A DNA stretch of 64,000 bases, from assembly GCA_963774925.1 (NCBI GenBank), contig CAVZGM010000003.1, forward strand, positions 7,916 through 71,915, written 5' to 3'. The notes beneath the pieces were generated by a model. That model was not told the origin of the DNA, made no database searches, and worked only from the letters and a program-made list of their open reading frames with translations. A program made the position numbers and the translations under genes. Shown here piece by piece: positions 1 to 10,307 of this stretch. Numbering within the stretch: position 1 is the first letter of the stretch; every line of letters starts with the position of its first letter. Origin of the DNA: an uncultured Chloroflexia bacterium. GTDB taxonomy: Bacteria; Chloroflexota; Anaerolineae; Anaerolineales; Anaerolineaceae.

Positions 1-2
1 GC

Positions 3-1498
3 GTTCTGGCGGGTGCGAATCCATCTCCTGCGGAAGAGAATGAAGAACCGTCGGCTATTGACCTTGCTCCCAATGCTACAATCGAAACTCCGTTAGTTTT
101 TCTTGCATTAGCTAAAGGCGGCGCCGACGATGTAGCGAATGAAGCATTCAGATACCTTAAACGATATGTCATGCCGGAACCCGTTCCCGGAGCGCCATAC
201 GCATCCTGTTGCGTCTGGCTTACAGTCCCCGATAGCGAGGAAATATTGCGCGAGGAATTGCAGCTTGCCAGACGCGTCGGCTTCGATGTTTTCTATCACG
301 ACGCAACATGGGTGGAGGGCAGCTCACTTGTGCCCGGAATGAACGACTGGGCTATGGGGCTTGGCACATTCAAGGAGAATGCCGATAAATTCCCTCACGG
401 CTTGAAGACCTTTCACGGAGAGTCCGCGACGCCGGTATGAAGTTCGGTCTATGGGTTGATCCCGGCAATGTTGACAGCAAGCGCGTTGCTTCCGGTGAGA
501 TTCCGCAGTCATGGCTTGCAAAGCGCAATGGAAAAACCTTGAACTCTGGCATCAATCCCTTTCCCCCATGACGCAACTGTGCCTTGGTAATCCTGATGTT
601 GTGGCATGGATTAAGAAGAATCTCGTTGATATTATCGAGAAGTATTCTGTCGAGTGGATGAAGTGGGATCCGTCGGGAACAGTTAGTCATGCCTGCGACC
701 GCGACCGACCATGGTCACGGCGCCCACGGCGGTGTTTGGTCAGCTTATGCGGGCAAGATGGAAATCTGGTCGCACCTGCTTAAAAAATTCCCTAATCTAT
801 CGGGTTTCGAGTGCGAGCCTTCTTTGCGATATTGCCGTACGAATCCCGGTCCGCGTACCCTCCTTCCCGGGGAGGATATATATGTGAATTTATGACTGGA
901 CCCATGATTAGCCCGTATGTATGGGGCTCACTCGCAACAGTTAAGACTACCGATTCATGTGAGATTAGAGAACTTACCGCCGGTTGGTGCAGTGCATCTG
1001 CTTTGGACTACAGTTTGCGTCAGCATTTCATACACGGCATCGCATTTGGGAACATCAATGGGATGTGGTCTCAGCTTCTATCGAAGGCGCCGATAGGATA
1101 CATCGAGGCATTCCGCAGAAATCTTCTTCACTTCAAAGCCTACCGCCACCTTCTTTTCTGCGACGTGTGGCATCCATCGCTATCCAATCCCGAGGGTGGA
1201 CGGCAATTGAATATACGAAAGATGACGCTTCCGAAGCGATTCTCTTTGTATTCCGGCACCGCGGAGGAGCACCGAAAAATGTAGTGAAACTCAAGGCACT
1301 CGACCCGACACGGACTTATGTTCTCACAAGCTTCAACGAAGACCGGGAAGGGAAAAGCGCATCACCGGCGCAAGCCTCATGAAAGACGGGATAACCTTCT
1401 CTCTACCGGATCTGTGGCTGGCAAAAGGCGATGGCTTCCCGAATTCGGAATACGACAGTCAACTCGAGTTCGGCTCTGACATAATAATTATTAGGTAA
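3..1498 (+). pseudogene. GH36/melibiase-like alpha-galactosidase, reading frame broken into at least four pieces
   Basis: Frame 3 is open from the window edge. Pieces 171-440, 437-~570, 511-783, 811-1284, 984-1382 and 1379-1498 continue one another across frame changes. Motifs KFPHGLK / MKFGLWVDP / SVEWMKWD fit the catalytic barrel of family 36/27 alpha-galactosidases. Confidence 0.5.
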
Positions 1499-1523
1499 TT
1501 GTTGGATAGGCTTTCTGTAAAAA

Positions 1524-1560
1524 GAAACTCTCTTACGCACATGTCATAAGAGAGTTTTCT
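1524..1560 (+). terminator. Hairpin downstream of the GH36-like gene
   Basis: aaactctctta / taagagagttt inverted repeat followed by T-rich tail. A second small hairpin ggcgctg/cagcgcc follows. Confidence 0.4.
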
Positions 1561-1645
1561 AAGGCGCTGTTTTATCAGCGCCGTTGCTTCGTTGCCGCGA
1601 GCAATTTTCTTTTCTAACTCATAGATGAGTGCTTCTCAGTTGCTG

Positions 1646-3469
1646 TCATGAGAAGCGACGTCCTCGTCGCTTCAGAAATGCGGCGAGACGCCGCATCCAC
1701 TGAGCGCAGTCGGAGTATCCGCATGCACGGCAAACAAAGCATCCGCCCTCATGTTCCACCACGCCGCCGCAGACAGGACACGCACCGCGAAGGAAGTTCG
1801 GTGTGTCAATTTCGTCCTTCTGCTCGGGGTCAAGGTACGTATGGATCGCCTTCGCAACCGCATCGGCACAGGAGGTAATCCGCGCTTTCCCCAGACCAGT
1901 GGGGTTTTGGCAACTGATGCCGATGAGTTGTTTTATAATCGAGTCTGTGGGTATGCCGCTTCTCCATGCGAGAGATACAAGCCGTCCGATCGCTTCATTC
2001 TGGCTCGCGGCGCATCCGCCAGCCTTGCCCATTGTGGTGAACAATTCGAAACAACCGTCTTTATCCCGGTTTATTGTCACATATAGGGAACCGCATCCGG
2101 TTTCCATATGAATAGTTTTCCCTTCGAGAACCTTCGGGCGTTTTTTGTGCGCAAGCGCCTTGGTTTTGCCTTCGGCAGATCCTCCCTCTTCCTTCGATTT
2201 TGCATCGCCTTTCGTCAGAACCTGCATGTCCCTGCATCCGTCGCGGTATATCGTTATGCCCTTGCAACCGAGTTTCCATGCAAGCATGAATACCTTTGCG
2301 ACATCATCCTTCGTCGCATTCGTCGGGAAATTCACCGTTTTGGATACCGCGTTATCTGTGAACTTCTGGAACGCCGCCTGCATACGCACATGCCACTCCG
2401 GCGTGATATCGTGCGCGGTGACAAATATTTGCCTTATGTCTTCCGGAACTTCGTCTATATGGGCGACGGTGCCTTCCGCGGCAATTTTTTCCATTAATTG
2501 TTGTGAATAAAAGCCTTCTTCTTTAGCTGTCTCTTCGAAGATGGGATTGGTCTCGAGAAGCCTTGTATTATCCATGACATTCCGCACAAAAGATATCGCA
2601 AACAACGGCTCTATTCCGCTCGAGCAATTGCTGATGATGCTGATTGTCCCCGTCGGCGCGATCGTCGTGACAGTCGCATTGCGCATCGGCGGTTCGCCTT
2701 CCTTGTCGTAAATACTTCCTTTAAAGTTGGGAAATGCACCTCGTTTTTCGGCGAGTTCCTGAGACATCTTGTGCGATTCCGTCTGAACGAAGCCCATCAC
2801 CTCTTCCGCTTTTTGGATTGCTTCCTCCGAGTTATATGGTATGCGCAGTTTTATGAGCATATCAGCCCAACCCATTATTCCAAGACCGATTTTACGGTTT
2901 GCTCTAACTGTTTGTTTAATCTTTTCAATCGGGAATTCGCTCATATCAACTACGTTATCGAGGAAATGCACCGCAGTTCTTACAACTTTGCGCAATCTGT
3001 CATAATCAACCTTACCGTCAACGGCAAATCGCGAAAGATTTATCGAACCGAGATTGCACGCCTCGTATGGCAGGAGAGGCTGTTCTCCGCAGGGATTTGT
3101 GCTTTCTATTTTGCCGATATGCGGTGTTGGATTGTCTGCGTTTATCTTATCCAGAAATACAATTCCCGGCTCACCGCTGTCCCAGGCGTTCTCGACTATT
3201 TTATTGAAAATTTCGCGTGCACGGAGTTTTTTGACCGGCGTATTTCCGTGCGGATTAATGGTGTGATACGTATCATCCTTATCAACTTTTTTCATGAACT
3301 CTTCACTGACACCGACTGATATATTGAAGTTTGTCAATTTTGTCCGGTCTTTTTTGCAGGAAATAAACTCCTCGATATCCGGATGGTCAACGTTCATTAT
3401 TCCCATATTTGCTCCGCGACGGAATCCGCCTTGATTTACCGCATGCGTAGCGGAATCAAATACCTGCAT
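1646..3469 (-). CDS. nrdJ: Adenosylcobalamin-dependent (class II) ribonucleotide reductase, C-terminal 607 aa piece
   Basis: Has TNPCGEQPL active-site loop and C-terminal CPVCGG...CRACGYS zinc ribbon. Continues ORF 3456-3881 after a frame break near 3470-3530. Confidence 0.9.
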   Translation of the reverse strand: MQVFDSATHAVNQGGFRRGANMGIMNVDHPDIEEFISCKKDRTKLTNFNISVGVSEEFMKKVDKDDTYHTINPHGNTPVKKLRAREIFNKIVENAWDSGEPGIVFLDKINADNPTPHIGKIESTNPCGEQPLLPYEACNLGSINLSRFAVDGKVDYDRLRKVVRTAVHFLDNVVDMSEFPIEKIKQTVRANRKIGLGIMGWADMLIKLRIPYNSEEAIQKAEEVMGFVQTESHKMSQELAEKRGAFPNFKGSIYDKEGEPPMRNATVTTIAPTGTISIISNCSSGIEPLFAISFVRNVMDNTRLLETNPIFEETAKEEGFYSQQLMEKIAAEGTVAHIDEVPEDIRQIFVTAHDITPEWHVRMQAAFQKFTDNAVSKTVNFPTNATKDDVAKVFMLAWKLGCKGITIYRDGCRDMQVLTKGDAKSKEEGGSAEGKTKALAHKKRPKVLEGKTIHMETGCGSLYVTINRDKDGCFELFTTMGKAGGCAASQNEAIGRLVSLAWRSGIPTDSIIKQLIGISCQNPTGLGKARITSCADAVAKAIHTYLDPEQKDEIDTPNFLRGACPVCGGVVEHEGGCFVCRACGYSDCAQWMRRLAAFLKRRGRRFS

Positions 3470-3881
3470 AAATGATATCGGCCCGCTCGACAGCCCGTAT
3501 GTCGTGCTTACGACATCGTCCTTTGGTCTTAGCCTGCGTGAATGAAAAGCCGGTGCCGCCGCCGCTTTTATGAATCATAGCCGTGTCTTTTATCGCCTGA
3601 AATATGCTTTCCATGTTGTCATCAACAGGAAGGACAAAGCATGCCGATAACTGCTGCAGGCGTCGCCCCGCATTCATCAGAGTCGGCGAATTCGGCATGA
3701 AATCGAGGCTGGTCATGAGTTCATAGAACTCACGTTCCACCTCTTTCAGGTCGGCGTTTTTGTCATATAATTCGTCCGCTTTGGCGATGTTCCCCGCTAT
3801 GCGGTGATACATCTGGTGTGGTTTCTCAACCGACTCGCCCTTTTCGTTCTTGATCAGGTAGCGTCGTTCAAGCACCTGCAC
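3456..3881 (-). CDS. nrdJ: Class II ribonucleotide reductase, N-terminal piece
   Basis: LERRYL...MPNSPTLMNAG...CFVLPV..D...GGGTGFSF motifs. A further N-terminal remnant (FDYVKRNRKVFIKIEDRKLEQRF) lies in another frame up to about 3990, so there is a second break near 3885-3900. Confidence 0.85.
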   Translation of the reverse strand: MQVLERRYLIKNEKGESVEKPHQMYHRIAGNIAKADELYDKNADLKEVEREFYELMTSLDFMPNSPTLMNAGRRLQQLSACFVLPVDDNMESIFQAIKDTAMIHKSGGGTGFSFTQAKTKGRCRKHDIRAVERADIIYAGI

Positions 3882-4082
3882 CGCATTATCCGACAGGTGT
3901 AACTGCCCGTTGTGTTGAATCTTTGCTCAAGTTTGCGATCTTCGATTTTGATGAAGACTTTCCGGTTGCGCTTAACATAGTCAAAGCACCCCCTCGTGCT
4001 TAATTAGAAAAAATTAGAATATTAAAAAGGACACTATTACTTTGATTTTCCCGCCTCATTTAGTAGGCGGGCATAAGCATAC

Positions 4083-4096
4083 CACAATATATAGTG
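4083..4096. promoter_or_regulatory. Candidate NrdR box upstream of nrdJ
   Basis: cacaatatatagtg is a near-palindrome resembling the acaCwAtATaTwgtgt NrdR consensus, about 100 bp upstream of the nrdJ 5' remnant. Only one box was found. Confidence 0.2.
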
Positions 4097-4277
4097 CTGT
4101 CAAGCATTTTTTTCAAAAAAAGTTACAGCAATCGTTTTTATTGACACAGAACGGCATTTATCAGAGAATCCCTTAAGTAATATAAACAATGTAAGGCGAA
4201 AGTCAAGCGAAAATTACTTTCTATTCTCTTTCTCGTATAATAAATAGATGTATTATAAAAGTTGAAAGGATTGCCGG

Positions 4278-6007
4278 ATGAACTCTCTGTTGATGGTTAT
4301 AATTTCCTTTGCAGCATTTGGTTTTGCCTATCGTTTTTATGGCGGTTTTCTGCAGCAAGAAGACTTTTTGGTATTGATCCCGGAAGAAAGACGCCGGCAC
4401 ATGAGCATGTCTGACGGCGTTGATTATGTGCCGACCCGCAAGTTCATTCTTTTTGGCCATCATTTTGTTTCAATTGCAGGTGTCACGCCGATGGTCGGCC
4501 CTGCGATTGCTGTGATCTGGGGTTGGCTTCCGGCATTGCTCTGGGTGGTTCTCGGCTCTATTTTCATCGGCGGCATCCACGATTTTGCGTCCCTGATTCA
4601 TTTCCATTCGCAGACAAGGACGTTCAATCGGCGATATTACCGGATCACTTATCTCGCCCGGGCACACGACTCGTCATGCTTCTTATCTTTTTCTTCCTCC
4701 TGCTCGTAGTTATTGCACTATTCGCCTTTATAATTGCAGACCTCTTTATTAAATATCCCGCGTCAGTCTTAACTATATGGTTTCAGATTCCGTTCGCCGT
4801 TCTTTTCGGCTGGATTATCTATGCAACAGAAAAGGCAATCTTGCCGTGTGGTCGTTAATTATTGTTGCGTGCTATGCTTCTTAGCCATTTGGGGAAGCAA
4901 TGCTATTGAGGAGAAAAACAGGGTTTATTGCAGGATCTTAATGAGAAGGCTGGGCTCGTATGCACTGGGTATGTGGATATTAATTCTTCTTATATATGTT
5001 TTTTTCGCTTCCACACTACCTGTTCATCAGGCCTCTTCAGCCGCGTGATTATATTAACAGTCATTTACTTTACCTGAGCATGGGCTGATTTTTCTTGGCG
5101 TGTTGTTTGCTCATCCGAATATCGTCGCACCGTCGCTGAGAGACAGACGTTCCGTACAGGAACGCCTCCACTTTGTGCCCTTGCTTTTTGTTACGATTGC
5201 ATGCGGCGCGGTATCCGGTTTTCATTCACTTGTTTCTTCAGGAACATCCTCCAAGCAGATAAATAGCGAGGCAGATGCACAGTTCGTCGGTTATGGCGCG
5301 ATGATTCTCGAAGCTGCCGTCGGCGTTCTTGCCATAGTCGCAGTTGCGGCAGGTCTAAGCGCGAGTGAATGGCGGACCATTTATGCTTCTTATGGCGGAC
5401 AGTCCGATGGGGACAAATGCGTTCATCAAAGGCGGAGGTTATCTGATAACTCAATTTACAGTTACGCATTGGTCTTGGGGGTGTCATCACAACTGCGAGT
5501 TGCGGCAGTGTTCGTTTCTGTTGTAATAATATGTTTCGCAGGTACAACGCTCGATACTGCTACACGAATACAACGATATGTAATAAGTGAAATAGCCGCA
5601 TCTCTTAATGTTAAAGCTCTGAATAACCGGTATGTTGCTACAACCATCGCAGTAGGAACGGCGGCATGGCTTGCTTTTTCACAAGGATGGCAAACTCAAA
5701 CGGCTAACTATCTCTGGCAGGTTTTCGGCACAATTAACCAACTCCTTGCGGCGATGGTGTTATTGATTATTACCGTTTATCTTCGTAAATCCGGCAAAAA
5801 TATTATTTATGCATTTGTCCCTATGCTCTTTCTTCTTGTTATAACGGCATGGGCAATGGTATGGAAAATAACGGTCTTTTTCGCTCTTTCAAGCCGGAGA
5901 ATGTCGCATTAATTATAATTGGTATGTCAGCCCTTATACTTGAAGCTTTTGTCGTTGTCTTCGGTTCAAAAGCTCTTCTTGGCAAACGCTCAGATTCTGC
6001 CAAATAA
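4278..6007 (+). pseudogene. cstA: Carbon starvation protein CstA-family transporter, at least four frame breaks
   Basis: FGHHFVSIAGVTPMVGP, IACGAVSGFHSLVSSGTSSKQ and TTLDTATRIQRY motifs are spread over ORFs 4278-4709, 4523-4858, 4821-5048 and 5100-5912, plus a tail in another frame. Confidence 0.8.
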
Positions 6008-6186
6008 AAAACCGGGTTTAACAAATAGTAAATCTTCCCTACTAATTCCGGGGGATATCTGTTATAAATAACATATTAAAGATTTCTGCTTCAGGCAACG
6101 CGACGTTTTGCGGGCTTGTAAAATGAGTTTTTAAATGGATTTTTAAACATCATTGGAAATTCCTAAGACGGGAGTATATTTGTATT

Positions 6187-6699
6187 ATGGATTCAAATGT
6201 TGCCTCAAGATTAATTGCCGCGCTTAAAGACAGCGACTCTGCCGTGCGGAAAAATGTGGCTTGGACGCTTGGCAATCACAAGGAAACTTCTGCGGTTGAA
6301 CCGCTTGCCGAACTCCTTCGCGATCCTGACATCTCGGTCTCAGCAACTGCCGCATGGGCATTGGGTAATATTGCAAAAACAGGCACTGCAAGCCACCGTG
6401 CCGGCGCCGGACTTGTCGCTCTCCTTAAAAGCAATGACGAAACAGCGCAGAGAAATGCCGCGCTGGCATTAGGCAATATGGCAAAAGCAGGCGTTATCGA
6501 GAGAAACGCAACAGAACCTCTGATTTCCCTGCTTGCAAGCGGTGACAATGTGGTTAAGAAAAACGCGGCATGGGCTCTCGGAACTATTAAAGAGCCAAAG
6601 GCTGTCGAGGCATTGAGTGCGCTTCTTGCCGACAAAGACCCCGATGTCAAGAAAAATGCCGCTTGGGCTTTGTCGTGGATTCCGCCTCAGGAGGATTAA
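6187..6699 (+). CDS. HEAT-repeat (PBS-lyase-like) protein
   Basis: Five repeats of the type D..VR.NAAWALGNI; intact 170-aa ORF. Confidence 0.8.
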   Translation: MDSNVASRLIAALKDSDSAVRKNVAWTLGNHKETSAVEPLAELLRDPDISVSATAAWALGNIAKTGTASHRAGAGLVALLKSNDETAQRNAALALGNMAKAGVIERNATEPLISLLASGDNVVKKNAAWALGTIKEPKAVEALSALLADKDPDVKKNAAWALSWIPPQED

Positions 6700-6795
6700 T
6701 TTACCTGACAGTTAGCGGATTGTCGCTTGCTTATAAAAATGTCCACGCTTGTTTTTCTGATGGGTTCTATCCCGCTTTTCTAAAGGCATAAAAAA

Positions 6796-6821
6796 CGGGA
6801 GGTTGAATTCTCAACCTCCCG
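6796..6821. terminator. Bidirectional hairpin between the convergent HEAT and porin genes
   Basis: Perfect palindrome cgggaggttgaattctcaacctcccg flanked by A-run and T-run. Confidence 0.6.
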
Positions 6822-6843
6822 GAATTTTTCTATAGCCGGAATT

Positions 6844-7975
6844 TTAGAAGATTAATTGAAGCATTCCAAGTATCTCGTTGTTATCAACTTCCGGTTCTTC
6901 ATCAATCATCCTGTAGTTTACTGCTATCCTTGCTTTTCTCTGTGCAAAGAATAGGTTCGCGCCGAGTGTTGCGATGTTGCTTTCATCATCATCAACATCA
7001 TCGTTCGCGTCTAACTGCTCGTATTTTGCCACAGGCTGAATAATTACTGCGCCTTCTTGAAGAGGAACATCATAGGTAGCTACAACATAGTAACCGTCTG
7101 ATGTAACATCCGTATCCTCAAGTTCCTGATACAGATATTCACCCTGTACCCTGAATGCCTGGAAATGCCCAACGCTGCTGTTCCTATCCAGCGGGTGCGG
7201 TTCTCATCACCAAGATCAACTTCTGTGATTGCGCCTGTAATAGGATCAACCACTTCGCCCATCATTGGCGTTTCGCCAAATTGGGTTGCACCGGCAACCA
7301 TTAATCCTGCAAGAGGACTTCCCTCACTGCCGAGGAATGGTTTTGCCCAGATGCGCGCAACGATATCTTTCTTGTCGTTGTCGTCGGTTGTGTTGATGCC
7401 TGCGCCGTTGATAACTGCAAGACCGTAACCGACTTTGTTCTCCATCATCGCACCATCTACCATTGCGCCGATATCGCGATGGGACGCAAGAGCATTGCTT
7501 GCGCGTGCCCGTAGAATCGTGTCAACTTGGGAGTTGAAGTTAATTGTTCCCACGAGTATGGAAGCAGGAATTGACCTGCGCTGATCTTTAGACATGGTGT
7601 ATATTCATAGGTCAGTTTGGCATCAATCAGCATGGGATCATGGACATACCAGGACAGGAATATGTACCAGTCCTTTGCTACATATCCTTTTACCCACATA
7701 TAGACACTGTTGATTGAGAAAGTGTCATCAAATTCCACTTCATCATCTTTCGATGTGTAAAGCCTGAACATACCCGCCAAGTCGTCAGGTCGCAACTTCC
7801 TGCTCTTCAGTGCTGTGCATTTTGCTTCCGCTTCTGTAGTTGCTAACGTCTTCTTCTGTGACTTAGCCCCTTCTTCACAAGGAAATCCGCTATCGGCTCT
7901 GCTGCAAAAACAAGGCTCTGCAAAGACTGCAAGCGTAGGCAAGCTGATTGCGAAGAAAAATAATGATTTCTTCAC
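6844..7975 (-). pseudogene. Outer-membrane beta-barrel porin (phosphate-selective porin O/P-like), fragmented
   Basis: Signal peptide MKKSLFFFAISLPTLAVFA at 7975 and C-terminal ...LQLIF ending in Phe at 6844. Pieces 7457-7975, 7080-7595 and 6844-7032 lie in different frames. Confidence 0.45.
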
Positions 7976-8300
7976 CGTCTCTCTCCTTTCATTTTCCTGT
8001 TATAACTTGGTTTGTTTTTTCTCTTTTATGCTATTTATAAACTTCGGAAAAAGTCGCCCTTGATCGCTTTTCCCGCTTTTCACATTCAGTCAGCACACAA
8101 ACCTGTTCATACATTTTGTGGCTATTAAGCCCCTGTATGTATACCGTGTCAACTATTTTTGTAAAATATTTGTAATTTTTTTTGAAAAACCTATTTGTGC
8201 ATATATACTATATAAAGTTATTATATTTAAATATTCCATTTACCCCGCTTTTTCTCTCACTTATCCTCTTCCGCGCTTTTTATGAATTTTAAACCATTTA

Positions 8301-9299
8301 TTATTTATCCCAAATCCCCGTAATTCTACGATTCACTCCTATATTATATGCGCATGTTTCCACGCACGTTTCACCATAACTTGACATTTCTCTGAACAGC
8401 TTTTCGCGCATATCTTCAATCACTGGTTTCATTTTGGCATCATACGCTATGTTATGAAGTTCTGAGGGATCTTCGTCGAGATTGTAGAGTTCATCTATAT
8501 CGGCGGGATTATAGCAATACTTAAAGCTTTTCGTTCTCAGCATCCTTTGCGTGTATAGCGTCGTCTCGTATCCGTGGAACTGCGCAAATGCGGCTTTGCG
8601 CCATTCTTTTATCGCTGCACCCTGAAGCAAAGGCATCAATGACCTCCCATGAGCAGGCTGGATTTCCTGAGCATCGGCATAATCAAGCAACGTCGGGCAT
8701 ATATCCACAAGCGAAATGAAATGTTCGTCAACCAATCCCTTAGCTCCGCCGGGCAATCTCACTGCGAACGGTATTCTTACTGTCTCATCATAAAAGTTAA
8801 AGCCTTTATTAAATAGCCCATGATCCCCCAGCAATCCGCCATGGTCTGCAGTAAATATAATTAATGTGTTATTGTATTCGCCTATTTCCCGGAGTCTCTG
8901 GACTATTCTGCCGATATGATAGTCAATAAATGTGCAGAAACCGTAGTATCGAGCAATTACCTTTTGCCACTTTTCCCATTTCATTATCTCTGCATTCCAG
9001 CGATAACGTTCTTTCTTCTGAATCTGCGGTTTGTTTCTCAAATCGTCATTCCAGTTTCCCGGCTTCTCAATAGACTCAGGATCATACATCGAAAAATACG
9101 GCTCAGGAATCGTAGTCGGAAAATGTGGTCCGTACCATGAGGCATAAATGCAAAACGGCTTTTTATCAGCCGACAGTTCATCTAATGCGCCTATTGTCTT
9201 ATCTGCGACCCACGCCGTCGGCGCAAGTTCTTCGGGTATAGGCAATTTCCCGAAGAAGGTCGCATCGGACCCGTCATGGTCTTCTTGTCTTCTTTCCAC
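8301..9299 (-). CDS. Sulfatase (formylglycine-dependent), C-terminal piece
   Basis: Continues 9191-9724 after a frame break near 9200-9290. Has sulfatase-family core (FTADHGG...). Confidence 0.85.
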   Translation of the reverse strand: MERRQEDHDGSDATFFGKLPIPEELAPTAWVADKTIGALDELSADKKPFCIYASWYGPHFPTTIPEPYFSMYDPESIEKPGNWNDDLRNKPQIQKKERYRWNAEIMKWEKWQKVIARYYGFCTFIDYHIGRIVQRLREIGEYNNTLIIFTADHGGLLGDHGLFNKGFNFYDETVRIPFAVRLPGGAKGLVDEHFISLVDICPTLLDYADAQEIQPAHGRSLMPLLQGAAIKEWRKAAFAQFHGYETTLYTQRMLRTKSFKYCYNPADIDELYNLDEDPSELHNIAYDAKMKPVIEDMREKLFREMSSYGETCVETCAYNIGVNRRITGIWDK

Positions 9300-9724
9300 A
9301 TGTCCCAGTCAATGCCACGCTCTTTCAGCATCTGGTAATACAATCCGAGGTGTTGCCATTTATCAACGCCATTTGGCTTTTCCTCATTTGGTCCCAAATG
9401 CCACTTTCCGATGTATGCCGTGTTGTAGCCTACCTCTTTTAGTCTCGATAGAAATGTCTCCCTTCCGCGATCAAGTTTTGGTGATATCCCATTGAAATCC
9501 TCGACATTTACTATCACTTTGTGCTCATGCGGATACTGACCGGTAAGAATTGATCCCCGCGCCGGCGAGCATAATGGATTGCAGGTATATGCATTGGTAA
9601 ATCGTACCCCTTCATTTGCTATGGCATCGAGATTTGGTGTCTTGACAAGTCCGGCATTCGCGCCGAATGAATCCCATCTGTGCTGGTCGGTCAGGAAGAT
9701 CAATAAATTTTTTCGTCTAACCAT
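9191..9724 (-). CDS. Sulfatase, N-terminal piece with C-x-P-x-R motif
   Basis: LLIFLTDQHR...TCNPLCSPARGSILTG formylglycine signature. Confidence 0.85.
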   Translation of the reverse strand: MVRRKNLLIFLTDQHRWDSFGANAGLVKTPNLDAIANEGVRFTNAYTCNPLCSPARGSILTGQYPHEHKVIVNVEDFNGISPKLDRGRETFLSRLKEVGYNTAYIGKWHLGPNEEKPNGVDKWQHLGLYYQMLKERGIDWDMWKEDKKTMTGPMRPSSGNCLYPKNLRRRRGSQIRQ

Positions 9725-9753
9725 GATGAAAACTCTCCTAACTGGAACAGATA

Positions 9754-10101
9754 TTACACAATAGGTGCAAATTTTCTAAGAATATCTTTATCTATTATCC
9801 TCCGGCTTAAAATTGCGAATGCAAAAACTTCCCGAATTTGACAACGATCAATTATACTTCTTTTTGTTAGCTCAGTCAGCGATATCCTATTCGAACTTCG
9901 AATCCTTGAAAGTCGGGGAGTTATATAAATTGGCATGCACAGTTTAATAGCATCATTGAACAAACACTGTGCACGAACTGATATCTTTACGAAAAAGTCA
10001 TTCCGGGATTTGATTCGTTTTTCTCTGTAAAAGATACATCCCATCAAGTTTCTGGCAACTCGCAAAGCAATGGCATAACTGTTGCTAAATGGGAAAAACA
10101 T
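9754..10101 (-). CDS. Hypothetical small basic protein upstream of the sulfatase; may be spurious
   Basis: Only an open frame of 115 aa. K/R/I-rich, no recognisable motif. Confidence 0.25.
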   Translation of the reverse strand: MFFPFSNSYAIALRVARNLMGCIFYREKRIKSRNDFFVKISVRAQCLFNDAIKLCMPIYITPRLSRIRSSNRISLTELTKRSIIDRCQIREVFAFAILSRRIIDKDILRKFAPIV

Positions 10102-10307
10102 GAATAAGCATATTTCGCAAACGGCTGATAGTCAGCGATTCAAAATGTTTATTTATCCAAGAATGTGCACCACAGACCGTTTGTATGTGGAAGATTATCG
10201 GATCACGAAGTCCATATCACTTCCATATGATTACGACCGTGGGTGCACAAGGTATCGAGCAGAACTATAAGGAACAAAACAGTAAACAACCGGGAAAGGA
10301 TGGATGA

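Noticed and set aside
3990-4277. Cobalamin riboswitch in the nrdJ-cstA intergenic region, or upstream of the TonB-dependent receptor (10100-10307)
   Set aside because: I could not find a B12-box-like core (…GCCACTG… / AGYCMGgAgaCCkGCc type) or the usual GGTG/CCC pairings in either region.
9754-10101. Four-helix-bundle (23S IVS / Avd-like) protein hinting at a diversity-generating retroelement
   Set aside because: The similarity is at best impressionistic. There is no reverse transcriptase and no template/variable repeat pair in the window.
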